Under the pieces are notes generated by a model, which made no database searches, was not told the DNA's origin, and saw only the letters and a list, made by a program, of their open reading frames with translations. A DNA stretch of 64,000 nt from NCBI RefSeq assembly GCF_964213995.1, contig NW_027590122.1, positions 806,001 to 870,000 of the forward strand. The letters run 5' to 3'. This DNA is from Mustelus asterias. Taxonomy: Eukaryota. This document shows positions 23,020 to 36,290 of the stretch, piece by piece. Within the stretch, counting starts at the first letter, position 1, and every line of letters starts with the position of its first letter. A program made the position numbers and the translations under genes.

Positions 23020-26000
23020 AAAATCCAAAAGGTTTGGTTTAAATTACAAATCGAAATGTATATTTTTATCACAGAATTTTTCGCCTTGACTTGTACGGTG
23101 AAATTGGTCTTCAGCAGCTCTGTAAGAAAACTACCACGAGTTTCCCTTTTATTCCACTGAGGTGGCAATTGAAGAAAGTTGTATCACATATAAAGATGGC
23201 AGCTGCTTTCTGGTCACCAGGCTAATGTAACCTGTCCCTTCCATTCTGTTTCCATCCTTCCTTAGAGATTTCCTCTTAAGAAAATAAGAATCGGGAGAAG
23301 AGAGGCCACTCGGCTCCTCCAATCAGTGCTGTCATTTAACATGTTTGGGACCAATCTTTTTCATGAAACAATAAATCTGCTCGGTACCTTTATTCCTTAA
23401 GCCATTCAGTGCCCCAAAATCCATCAACATCAATCCTGAACATGTTCAACAATTGAATAACCACAGCGATCACATAGTGAAATCCAAAATTATCAACAAT
23501 TTGAGCGCAGCTATTTCTCATCATCCCAGTCGTTCTTCGTTAATCTAAAACTCTCATCCTTCACACTATCTGGATGGAGAAATAGCTTCTGATTATTCAC
23601 GCTGTCAACTTCAAACAGGAGTTGAAACACGTCACTGAGAACTTCTCATGGTCTGAATCCAGACACTATATACCCATACCATTCAATTTTCACCCCGTCT
23701 CTCTCGCAGTTCCTGCCTCCGGATACAAAAAGGATAGTATCAAGTGACCTCGTAGGTCAGAAGTGAAGTGCTAAAATAAATCAGTGAGAAACATTATTTG
23801 GTGATTTGTCCTTGCATGAATCATTGAACTAGTTTAAAAGCAGGTACTCTTTCTTTGAGAAAACATTCCACACATTAAGGCCATCAGGAAGAAAATCAGC
23901 CGGTCACAGCCCTCAGGATCTTCAAGGTTTCAACCAAGTGGCTTCTTAATCTTCGCAATTCTCACACATTGTCTGCCTCTAATACACATCTGTTATGTAC
24001 CCTGCTAATGTGAAATACGAGGGTATCCCAGAACCTAGAGGTGTAACTTGGAACACTGGTGCTTAATGGTTTATATTTCAATTTGGTGTCCATTAAGTAC
24101 GATATGCAAACCCGGGAGGAACAGTCAAGTCTTGCTGCGATCATTTAATAAAGAACATTTATTAACATAAAAAGAAAAGCGCATGACAAGCATGACGATA
24201 AAACACTAATACAGTGCACGTAACCACATTAATGGCTATAAATACGGACGTTAACATGAAGTAACCCCTTTTTTCCCAACAACCAACTTTTCCTGAAATC
24301 TGACATGCCCCTTATTGCCAAACAGCAACCAATATTATACAACTGTATGAGCATCTAGAGCATATAAGTTCCAATTCCCTGAACGATCACATTGAAGTTA
24401 CCTCTTCCACGCCCGATTGTATTCCCCCAATCATATATGTAGACCCTTGCTTCTCTGACTGGCATGTTAATTCACTTACTAGTACCCCCTTCTTCCAGCT
24501 GTCCTCATAAATTTCTTTTTTAAAATTTATATTACCCAATTTTCTTTTGTTTTAATAAGTTGATTCCGAATCTAAATTTTTCCCAGTTCTTAACAAATCG
24601 TAGTTGCGTTCTGGTTTGTTTCCTGGCTCCTCGTGTTGAAACCCCTTGTGCCAATCTGAAGGATTTATCCTTTAGGGAATGGAACAAAGGCATAAAAGTA
24701 AAACAAAATGAGAGTGCAGAGGGAGTTGCGCTCCTGGATAGTGGACAAAGCAGAAAACGAATTCACACAGTCAACTGAGGACGACATTTGGAATAACAAA
24801 GATGGAACGTGGCATGATCTAGGGCAAAGCAACCTCCTTCATTGGAACCCCTTCCATGCATTGACATATATCAGCCCTCGTTAACGCCTTTTGTCAAGAT
24901 GCATCACCTTAAATTCCAGCTTTCACTCATTTACCAATTCTGCTAGCCTGCACCGGTCCATTTGCACGAAAAGGTCCAATTCTCAATCTGTGACACAATT
25001 CGAAATATTTAGAAATTTCAATCAACATGACAAGAACACGGAACATATATAGTGCAGAACAGTGATGCTAGCACTGAACTTCGGGGGAGTAACCATTGTT
25101 TATCACCAAAAATTAGGTTACATTGACATTTGTCCCTGAGGCAAATGGGGCAAAAATGAGATTGTCCAGATTACTGGTTTGAATAGAAAATAAGACTATT
25201 TTGGGAGAGACTACAGACTGCACGTTACCGAGGTACATACGTATATAAATCACAACACGTTAGCATTGCAGATACGGTACATATTTAGGAAGGCAAACAA
25301 AATGTTCTGACTATACAGAGTTTTGGTGAAATCATACCTCAACACAATTTTCGTGTCCTGATTTAAGAAGGGTTATACGTGCATGGAAGCTGTTCGGGGA
25401 AGATTCATTACGTTATTTCCAGGGAACAAATGTTTGAATTATGGCAATATGTTTAGTTAGAAGTGCCGACATACACTTGAATATAGATCAATGAGAGACG
25501 AACATTTGGAAACATAACTTTTTCTCAGCGTGTTTGACAACATAGATGTGGAGATTGGAGAAAGGAGAACTTGTGGCACAATTTCAAAATAAGAGGCCTC
25601 CAATTTAGCAGAGATTAGGAGGAATTTCTTCTCTCAGATTTTTTTTGTGGCCTTCCAAAGATCGAATGCTGAATTGGACATGTTTCTGATCTACAACGGA
25701 GTCAAAGGATACGGGGCGCAGGTAGGATGGTAGATTTAATTCTACAGTTAAATTAATTGGTGGCAAAGACCGATGAGCACATGGTTTTCAAAGAGCAATA
25801 ACATTAACAGCTGAATGAAATGAAATTCCACAGTTATTAGGAACTGTCGGCTCGTGAATATAGGTAAATTGTTATTGCAAGGAGCTAGCCTGGAATGGAA
25901 GGGCCGAAAGCTTGGATGTGCTGTAATGATTCTGTGATTGTATTCCATGTGGAAGGAGGTGGGTGAAGTAGAAAATCTCAGCAATAGTGATCATAGTGTC

Positions 26001-26290
26001 AGAAATTGATGTTACCAATAGAAAGATTTGTGGGACAATATAAAATAAAAACTGGCTGAGAAACCGTGTCACCGATTTGAGGAGAAATATTGATCCAGTA
26101 AACTGCAATCTAATACCGTTAGGCACTAATGTATTGGATCAGTGGGTGTGGTTAAGAGAAAATTAATTTTGTTACAGTTGCAAACCGTTGAGCACGACAT
26201 AAGTCCAGCTGAGAGAACAACAGAGCGAAAATCGAGAGGGAGAACTAAAGAAAACGATAGACAGAAAGAATAGAAAGAGAAAGAGGGACA

Positions 26291-26439
26291 NNNNNNNNNN
26301 NNNNNNNNNNNNNNNNNNNNNNNNNNNNNNNNNNNNNNNNNNNNNNNNNNNNNNNNNNNNNNNNNNNNNNNNNNNNNNNNNNNNNNNNNNNNNNNNNNNN
26401 NNNNNNNNNNNNNNNNNNNNNNNNNNNNNNNNNNNNNNN
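26291..26439. other. Assembly gap (N run)
   Basis: Run of n. Confidence 1.
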
Positions 26440-26817
26440 CTGTCAAATGCCAACCCAGAGGATGATAATACTCGGAGATAATTAATACCATTGCATATCA
26501 ACGGGAGATGAGACCGAGTGCAATGCGTCTGATGGAGGTGATATAAACGGGAATGTGAGAAAAGAAAACTGAGAATGAGGGAGCGAGCGAGCGAGAGAGA
26601 GTGACAAACCGAGCAGTCAGGCATGCGGGAACCACATAAAGGGATTTGCGAAAAGAGTCTGAGCAGGTGGAGAAAGCCCAACCGACGAGATAGTGAACCA
26701 GATACAGACAAATTTAACTGTTGAATGTAGTTAATAGAATGTACATCACATTGCTGCGGCAGTTGCAAAATATCACAACTTGTGTGGAGTCAAAACGTCA
26801 TATTAGAAAGAAGGAGC

Positions 26818-27209
26818 ATTTTTTGTACGGGTCTCTACTGACCTGGTAACGCTGTGTGTCCCAGTACACAGGAATACACCGCACTGTCAGAGAACTGCGC
26901 ATAGTGAATGCTTAAAGGAACAGTTCTTGCTGTGTTATCTAAGGTAGCATAAAGCAGCCGCTTCCCAAAGGCAGTCACATTTTTTCCAGTACTCCTTTTT
27001 TCCAATAGATATTGAGGGTGTTTCTCTGGGTGCTGAATATACCAGAAGAAAGCAGTAGAAGTATGTGATGTCGAACAATTGCAGTTTAGCTTCACACTGT
27101 CTCCGTAACTCACTCTGATGCTCGGTGGATCCTGAAACACTGCCTCCATTTCCTCACTGGCCTGAATGAGAAGAATGAATATCGATGTCAAAAAGAGAAA
27201 ATGATGCAT
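26818..27209 (-). CDS. TCR alpha/delta V segment (open frame; 23-RSS 26818-26856), functionality uncertain
   Basis: AVFQDPPSIRVSYGDSVKLNCNCS..FWYIQHP..DSAVYSCVLG then CACAGCG + 23 nt + ACAAAAAAT; no separate leader exon found. Confidence 0.8.
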
Positions 27210-28364
27210 AATATCAGAATACAGAACACAGCAGCAACACAGCTTCGGACCCTTAGTAATAGGTTTATAAAGCCTGCATCACCCACCCTCCACCTCAACA
27301 GTGGAACTAAATGAGCCAAAACCTGAAATGAGAACTTGAATGTTTTTCTGTGCGACCGAAGAGCGGAAATGGCAACTTAGATGACAGAATGACAGGTTTT
27401 CTGACAGATGTCACTTTCCATCAGCCCTCCAATCTATATCACTAAAATCGATGACCTGATTATCACTTTGTTCTTTGTGGAGTTTGAAGCGAGCCTATTA
27501 ACTGCCACGTCTCCTATATTAAGACAGTGATGAAAATTCGAAGACTTCTTTGGGTGTAAAGCTCTTTGTGAAGTCCTGATGTCATGAACGGCGGTATATA
27601 AATGGAAGTCTTTCTTTATTGCCTTTGAGAGACAGCGTGCGAATCAGAATCAGAAGATGGGATGCAAACGTTTACACTGAGTGCATTTTAACCGTTACAT
27701 CAAACTCAATATCAGGAGTTTCTTTCTCAGTATCTTTCGGAATCTGTACATCTTCGTGTCACTCTATAGCTCTTCACCTCGACAACCCTATCTCTGAACT
27801 TATTGTGTCCCTCACCATGTCTCTGCACCGGGAAGGAAGGTAGTGGAAGAAATATGCAGACAAATTATGCAACAATAGTAATGGAGATTTATATTGTCTC
27901 GTATTATTTCTATGCAAGAAATCGGTAAAGGAGGTAACCGAATAGCTTCTACGACTGGTTTTAGATGCTTGTATCATCCGAAATGTTGGAAGAAACACCA
28001 ACAAGGGAAGATTTGCTATTGTATCTTGTAGTCGGGAAGAAAGCAGATCAGATCCGAGAAATAACTGGAGGGGAACGTTCAGCAATACAGATCATACTTC
28101 CTCATTAAGAGGTTCGAGATGAGTAAGTGTTTGACGGAAATCAGCTAACCACTTGATTCAGTGACAGGTATCCTGAATGGTACACAGTGAACCAGAATGT
28201 TTGAGTGATTCAGGTAGATGACTGAAAATTCAATAAATAAACTCTCATGTCTGTTTGAGCTACATTGCTGGAAGTAAGCTTACCAGCGCTGCTCCAATTA
28301 CGTTTGCATAAGGAATATGGAGTTTAGGGAATGCAGTTGATGAAAAGATCAATAATTGTCTTCG

Positions 28365-28680
28365 AATCCATACAGTGCAAAAGGAGGCCATCAGGCTCTT
28401 CGAGTCTGCAGTGACTCTCCGACAGAGTATATTTTCCTGGTCCTCTCCTGCTCCATCACCGTAACCCCACAGATTTATCGTGGCGATTTATTCTAACCCA
28501 CAAATATTTGACAAGTTGGAATGCTGAACGCATCTAACCTGCACATCATTGAACTGTCGGAGGAAAAGGGGCACCCCACACAGACACTGGGAGCATCTGC
28601 AAACTCCACGTAGCCTGGAACTGAACCCGGATCCCTGGAATTATGAGGCAGCAGTGCTAACCACTGTGACGCCACTGTAC
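28365..28680 (-). mobile_element. Degenerate HE1-like SINE
   Basis: aaggaggccat..ctaacctgcacatc..tgcaaactccac..gaggcagcagtgctaaccactgtg. Confidence 0.7.
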
Positions 28681-29605
28681 CAATTAATGACAGCCAAGCA
28701 CGCATGATGGGGTGAATGGCCCATCGCACGATCTGCAAATATTATGGAGTTGCAGGATTCCCTTGGTGGTTTACACACTTCGCTGTGCGGATGTGAGCAG
28801 TGAGGATAAGGTGGTGCTGCTCCATTCGATGACTGTCGATAAAACGCGAAATGAAGCCAAGGTCTGGTCCACTACTTTTGCTTTCACCGTCTTTGCCCGG
28901 GTGCAGACAGCAGCGGAATGAATCGCTTCAGCAATTGCTGATGGCGAGTAGTGGGGCTGATCAACAAGGAAGGATCACTGCTTAAATCCGGTGAACATTA
29001 TCTATTTCCAAACAATCCAAGAGCAGAGAACACACGTGACCTTAAATGTATGTCGCCAACTTTAGCTTTCTACTTCTTATTTACACCGCCAGTCTCATGG
29101 TCTCTACTAATGACGAATTCATTAAATGAGACAAATAGAAAGGGCACATTGATTTTCAGGTAGCAATGTGAAAACTCCGCAACGACGGTAAGTCACGCCA
29201 CCTGCTGGTGGTTTCGGGTAGCTTTGTTTGTCGAGTTTGTCAAACTCTGTTGTCACCGCTTGAATTATTTGAATTAATTTCCAGTCATTTGATAGCGATA
29301 AGGAGGTTTACAAAAAATGAGAGGTTGGTATAACAGAGAGACGGAAGCAATGAGACAGAGTTATGAGGAAAGTCGCATAAGACACAGAAGGAACCAGAAA
29401 ATGCGATTCTTTACAGCTCTCATTTATTGGCAGGGAATATCCATCAGTTCCGGCAGAGTAGCCAATCCTGTCTCAGGGAAATGCCCCTCAGTTTCTCAAA
29501 AAAAAAACCCAGATTATAACAGGGGCTACCCTTTACACTAGATTGGAATCATCAGCAGAATTAGAGCATTTTGTTACTTTGCATCGAGATGTATACACGG
29601 AAACC

Positions 29606-31229
29606 ATGTGTTCTCCATGCTCCTTACTGATTATAATGATCTTGCTGCCCGGCGGGTCCATTATTAAATGGTAACCATGTCATCCAGTGGTTATTTTTAA
29701 ACCCTGACTTTTGAGCCAATCTGTATTTGTGTGACAGGAATGAGTGGCAAAACTTCAGTGTTCCAGGCTCATTTCAAATTAACAATTCGGGAAGGACAGT
29801 GTGGACTGGACTGCCGTTACTTGATAACTTACACTACCCCAACTCTACCCTGGTACATGCAGTATTCCGGGGAAGCTCCGAGACATTTGCTGAAGAAATA
29901 TAGCTTAGGGGGTTACGAAAGGTCCCCAAACGGAGGTTTTCTGCAGATTTACAGAAGGGAAATGAAACAGTTCCTTTATATCTCGCGGGGGCTCTTCTGT
30001 CGGATAAGAACAAAGAACAAAGAACAATACAGCACAGGAACAGGCCCTTCGGCCCTCCAAGCCCGCGCCGCTCCCCGGTCCAGGATTGAATCCTGAATCC
30101 AGGATCCCCGCCCAATTTTCCAGCCTACCTACATACCAAAATCCTATCCACCGAGCTGTCCCTCACAGCTACGATGCTTTGTTCATTACAACCTATTAAC
30201 TCACCCCTACCCCCCCATTCCAGACCATGTGATCTCCAGGGAGAGGCGAAAACCCAGAGTGAAAAACCCCAGGGCCAATATGGGGAAAAAAATCTGGGAA
30301 ATTCCTCTCCGACCCCCTGAGGCGATCGAAACGAGTCCAGGAGATCACAATGGCCCCGATCGGAAAATGCTTCCCAACCCTAGTCATTTCCACTTCCACG
30401 AACACGATATGAATTCCCTGCCCCCGAGACAGGTTCCCAACTATCCGCAGTCTCGCTCTGTACTGGCACCAGCAAGATGATCATAGAATGAAGCCTTGAA
30501 ACGAGAAACAAGGAACAATTAGCCCGCGCCGCTCCCTGGTCCAGACTAGACCACTCTTTTGTATCCCTCCATTCCCACTCCGTTCATATAGCTGTCTAGA
30601 TAAGTCTTAAACGTTCCCAGTGTGTCCGCCTCCACCACCTTGCCCGGCAACACATTCCAGGCCCCCACGACCCTCTGTGTGAAATATGTCCTTCTGATAT
30701 CTGTGTTAAACCTCCCCCCCCCTTCACCTTGAACCTATGACCCCTCGTGAACGTCACCACCGACCCGGGAAAAGCTTCCCACCGTTCACCCTATCTATGC
30801 CTTTCATAATTTTATACACCTCTATTAAGTCTCCCCTCATCCTCCGTCTTTCCAAGGAGAACAACCCCAGTTTCCCCAATCTCTCCTCATAACCAAGCCC
30901 CTCCATACCAGGCAACATCCTGGTAAACCTCCTCTGTACTCTCTCCAAAGCCTCCACGTCTTTCTGGTAGTGTGGCGACCAGAACTGGACGCAGTATTCC
31001 AAATGCGGCCGAACCAACGTTCTATACATCTGCAACATCAGACCCCAACTCTTATACTCTATGCCCCGTCCTATAAAGGCAAGCATGCCATATGCCTTCT
31101 TCACCACCTTCTCCACCTGTGACGTCACCTTCAAAGATCTGTGGACTTGCACACCCAGGTCCCTGCCGTGTATTTCCGTGCGATGGAGCACACACTGATA
31201 CAGAGATAGAGCGGATCCAGTCCGAAACC
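29606..31229 (+). pseudogene. TCR V pseudogene split by a CR1 insertion (leader 29606-29651; V 29738-30005 + ~31163-31190; degenerate 23-RSS 31191-31229)
   Basis: MCSPCSLLIIMILLP G|gc; SVFQ..LDCRY..WYMQYSGEAP; frameshifted RFSADLQKGNETVPLYLAGALLSD / AVYFRAME; CACACTG + 23 nt + TCCGAAACC. Confidence 0.85.
30006..31163 (-). mobile_element. Young CR1 LINE 3' fragment with extra ~440-bp 3'UTR insert
   Basis: ORF 30754-31191 nearly identical to CR1 at 63085-63490; (aagaacaa)n tail. Confidence 0.95.
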
Positions 31230-32386
31230 CCCCAGAATGGGAGTTCCAGTTGTTGGCCAGAAGATGGCGCTGTCACACCGATAAATAGGGACAAGAATTA
31301 AACTCAGTGAGAGTCACATGAATCTTCCGAAAAGAACAAAATATAACCCCCCATAAGAAGAGGTGAGGGACACTTGCGGAATTGTATTAGTTGGTTTTAA
31401 CTCGCGTTCATAATTAAACTCGCCTTTATAAATCTATTTGAACTATTTCGTTGACTTAGTGTTTTGAAGCTGTTTCCATGCCTCTCTGTAACATTAAACA
31501 ACTCTTCCTCATCTCCCCTTTTAGATTTCTGGAGCCTTTGGCCCAAGACCAGTTCTCAGGTTTTATTTGATCAGACTGTGCTGTTGGGTCAGAAACAGTT
31601 TATGAAAAATGAACAGATTTCAGAACTCATTGACTTTGATCATTCAATTGAATTTCACAATGTTTCCCAAACAGTATTCAAATATTCATCTGATTTACAG
31701 AATCACGGAGCAGCGACAAACAGGTGAACAAGCCAGATATGATAAGAAGTTTAATGCTACCCTGGTATCAGGTGGAGACAGTCAGGGAGATGTGGAAATT
31801 GGCTGCTCGGATTTGTTTGAGAAATCAAAGTCACAACATTATGCAATGTGTTCAGGGTGTGCAAGCTCTCTCGAATATAGCAATAGTGATCAAATAAACG
31901 CTATGAACAGCTCACCCTCAAAGGCCCACAGAAACTGAAAAGGGAGATGGAGCGAATGGTGTTCAATATGGTAAGCAGGCATGGAAAAATAAGAAAAGGA
32001 CAAAGAGGGACTTCCGGATCAGAGGACGTCACACAAACATGGAGAACTGTCCGTCTGCTGTGTGTGTGGCGCTTCACGGCCAGGTTTGACGGATGTTTGG
32101 GATTTTATCACCCAGGTCTGATTTTAGAGGAATACAGAGTTGATTAGCAGCAGAAGGGACGATTTAATTGACACATTCATTATGTGATGGACTTGTCGGC
32201 CTAAAACGGTTCTGCAGTTTGTTTTCTCGGCCTCTCCTGGAAACAGTTGGGTGACAGTTGATCCGAGGTGAATATGGTTTCCTGTCGGTTTGTGTTTGAG
32301 CGGCTGACAGCGCCGCTGCTCATTGTGGCTGCATCTGCCAGAAGTTCTAGACAGCAGCGAGGAGCTCTGACTTATCCTGCTGAGAC

Positions 32387-32884
32387 AGTTTTTGTACAGG
32401 ACTCAGGCTGCTTTCCATCACTGTGAGGCTGAAAGCGCAGTAATACACGGCCGCGTCAGACAACTGCAGATCCGAGATAGTCAAACTGATGGATTTCTTC
32501 GGGATTTTGAGGTCAGTCGAGAAACGGATTTTAGCAAAATCTGCTTTATATTCATTACCCCCCGAGTACTTCCACAGTATGTACTCGGGCTGGGAGTCTG
32601 GATGCTGTCGATACCAGTATAAATAATAGTTGGTTTCTGCAGTATCATAGTTGCAGTTTAATGTCACCACGTCTCCTTCTGGCTTAACATCTGAGGACAG
32701 CGGCTGAGTGACAGAATCTCCATGGGTCAGACCTGGAAAATATGTTCAAATAGATAAAGAAAAGAGTGACGTGCACTCAACAGTAAGATTCAACCCAAGT
32801 TTTGGAAATGAGAAAACTAACGTGATGCCCAGAAATACCTGTTAGAAATGCCCCCCACACAATCCAAATGACGAGTATCTTCAT
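32387..32884 (-). CDS. Intact TCR alpha/delta V segment (leader 32839-32884, V exon 32426-32732, 23-RSS 32387-32425)
   Basis: MKILVIWIVWGAFLT G|gt..ccag|LTHGDSVTQP..CNYDT..LYWYRQHP..DAAVYYCAFSL; CACAGTG + 23 nt + ACAAAAACT. Confidence 0.95.
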
Positions 32885-34482
32885 TGTCTCTGTCCGCTCT
32901 GTGAAGGCGGAATTGGTTATTTGAAGACACCCATTCTAAATCCCCACCCTTAATAATCTGACGACATTTCTCAGAGGCTCATGCGTCAGTTCCGTGTCTC
33001 GCCAGTGGCACCCTGAGATTGGTAATTGCTCAGATGACTATCAGTGAATAGAAGCTCCCCAACCTGTACTACATTCGGTGTCCCTGTTGGGCGAATTGTT
33101 CCGCTTTGGAAACGGGATGTCAAGAAAAAAACCTTCATTTTGTTATTGGAACGGAGGAGCAAGGAGTGTTGATACATTTGGTGGATTTCCAATCAATGTT
33201 CTGTGCACATTCTCTTAATTTTAGCATCCAAGCATTAGTGCCTGAGTCTCAGTGAGAGTCCAGAGAACGGTGGAGGCTGTGGGCCACTGAATAATTTTAA
33301 AACTGAGTGAAATTCAACATTTTAACGAAAATGTATGCCACGGTTCAAGAAGATCAAGGCAGAAAAGTGGATTTAAACGGAAAATCAGATGAACTGTAAT
33401 CTGACTGAATGTTAGAGCAGATTTGCAGGCAGCCTAATTTTTATGTTCGAATGTTGAGATATCGGTGGATGGGCTGTGAATACCATGCAATCTTCTTTGT
33501 TTTACTGAAGGTACAGAGAAATCAATCAATGAAGTCTAGTTGCCTGTATATTATTCCTGAGATAATGTAAAGTGTGTACTGTGGGTGCTGTCCTGAAAGC
33601 TGGCCATGCACTGTTGGAGAACAGATATCCACTCCATCTGACGAAGGAGCTGTGCTCCGAAAGCTTATGGTATTTGCTACCAAATAAACCTGCTGGACTT
33701 TAACCTGGTGTTGTGAGACTTCTTACTGTCTGAAATCAGCAGGGTTGGTGCAGCTAATTGTGACATTGCCGTTTCTTCAAAGGTCCACTCAGAGACAACC
33801 CGATGCACTGTGTGGTTGTGATCCCATTCTGATATAATGTACTGGGAAGAGTCAACTTTAAGAACTTGCGCTTTTTCTTATTAATTATTATCAACATGGG
33901 GGTCACTGGACAAGTAGTTCAAGGGCCCAGAATAATGCTTTGGGAAAATTAGTTCAATTCCCACCATATCAAATCGTTATATTTCAATTCGATTTTGGAG
34001 AAAAATGGTCAAAATTTAAATTTAGAAAAGTCAAGGTTAAATTTAAATGTGATGAATTGATATTGAAAGCTAGTCGCATTGATGGTGCTGGAACGCTTTC
34101 ACTGCAAATCCACCTAGTTCACTAATGCACTTTGTGGAAGGAAATATGCCATCCTAGCGAGGCCTGGAATGTGTGTGATTGCAGAATAACAACAATATAA
34201 CGAATTCTCAAATATCCCAGCCCGGTTCGAGGACAAAAGGTGATGGACAGAAATATTGTCTTGTCACCGACGCCCAATTAATAATTTTTAAAAAGAGTTC
34301 ATATCATTTGAATAATGGCAATGCCTGAGTTACAGCGGTCAGGAGAACAGCATATTCTTTACTTTCAATTGGGAAGGAAACGCTAAGTGAGAAGTGAGAA
34401 AATTGATGAGGAGAGGTCGGTTGTGGTTCTGCTTCCTTCTCCCCGAGTCTATGACTCTACAGTTCGGAAAAAATCCCCGTAA

Positions 34483-34686
34483 CACTAAGGGGCAATTTAG
34501 CATGACCAATGCACCTAACCTGCAAATTTTTGGACTGTGGGAGGAAACCGTAGCATCTGGAGAATACCCAGGTAGACACGGAGAGAACGTGCAAACTCCG
34601 CACAGACAGTCATCCAAGGCCGGAATTGTATCTGGGTTCCTTGCGCTGTAAGGCAACAATGATAACCACTGTGCCACCGTGCCGCT
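34483..34686 (-). mobile_element. HE1-like SINE 5' half
   Basis: cactaaggggcaatttagcatg..tgcaaactcc..aaccactgtgccaccgtgccgc. Confidence 0.8.
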
Positions 34687-35729
34687 CATTTAGTAATGCA
34701 GGACACGTGAGGTAGGCCAGAGAGAGGGGGCGACACAGAGCAGAAAAAATAGACTGCGGGCTTTGTTGCCAATAGCAACGGTATGTCAATGGTATCAGAG
34801 ACATTGCCCGTGTCATTTCAAGTTTGGAGAAACATGTGACGACTGCGCCCTCTGACGGTGACTCAGGGTACGTGACACTGTCCGCAAGTGCAAGGTTGTC
34901 GATGGGCAGACTCCAGCGGTCTTTTATTGAGAGACGTGTTTTCAAACAATTCAACTATGTAAACACACGCTAGGGAAATATAAATGAATTGAAAGAACAG
35001 TGCATTCTGTGTCATTTCTGAATCTCTTCCTTTCTGTCCTCCCCCCATCAGTTGGCTTTGTATTTCGCACTCGTAATGTCTCACTTTCTTTCATTTCTCC
35101 TTCCATACTTTTCTAATTGGTTGTCCTCTGCCAGTAATCCTAAGCAGAAAACGATTTCCAGAATGTTGACGCAAGGAACGGCGATATGGTTCAAAATGAG
35201 GATGGTGTGTGGCTTGAAGTGGTGCCGCAGAATGTGATGTTTTCGTGCATCTGTTCCTCTTCTCCTTAGAAATGAAAGAGATTCCGGATTTCGAAGGTGC
35301 TATCGAAGCAGGCCTGGCGGGTTAATTTAATCAAAGTTTCAAGTACATACATTAACTTATAATGGAAGACTGTGGTTTTGTTGGTTAACAAATAAGGATC
35401 ATTGGACACCGTTATTTTTAAGAAGGTTTGTTTACTGATGAGAAACGTTGCGCAAACCTGGTTATCCAGATTGCCGAGTGACATTGATTTATAGAGTCCA
35501 CTCTCTAAGCCTCTTGTGTCGTCCACCTCCTCCTCTTCCAGTTACCATGCCCGAAGAGGGCATTGGTGACCATGGATGTCCATTTGATCGCTCTGTGATT
35601 TCAAAGTACTCCAGCGGTCTGTCATTGACTTCTGCAGTATTGTTGACCAGGTATCTGTTCCGTTCCCATCACCTGCCATCAGCAATACCGAAAGGATTTA
35701 CAGGCTGATAATCAACGTGTTGACCTCGT

Positions 35730-36290
35730 TAAGAACGTGACCATCAAGTTTGGTAGTTTGTGTTCTGTGGAACGAAGGGAACTTGGCGTGTTTGTCCACA
35801 GATGTCTGAAAGAGGAAGGGTATGTTAGTAGGGTGGTGAAAAGGGCATACGTGACACTTCACTTTGTTAATCATGACATAGGTTGCAAAAGCAGGGAACT
35901 CATGTTGGAACTGTGCAGAACTTTGGTGAGGCTTGAGTACCGTGTGCAGTTCAGGTCGCCACATTCTCGGAAGGATGTGATTGCAATGCAGGGGATGCAG
36001 AAGATATTTACCAGGATACTACCTGGGATAGAACATTTAAGTTATGAAGCAAGGTTGGGTAGGCTTGGCTTGTTTTCGTTGGAGCAGAGAAAACTGAGGG
36101 GCGACCTGATCGAGGTGTACAAGATTATGAGATACACGGACAGAGTGGATAAAGAGCAGCTATTCCCCTTAATTGAAGGGTCAGTCACAAGGCGAAATAG
36201 GTTCAAGGTGAGGGGCAGGAGGTTTCGGGGGAATGTGAGGAAAACCTGTTTACCCAGAGGGTGGTGACAGTCTGGAGTACGCTGCATGGG
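35730..36290 (+). mobile_element. Decayed CR1 LINE 3' fragment
   Basis: ORF 35737-36267 with LEYRVQF, LFSLEQRKLRGDLIEVYKI. Confidence 0.9.

Noticed and set aside
26126-26768. ORFs spanning the N gap
   Set aside because: Artefacts of the gap and GA-rich low complexity
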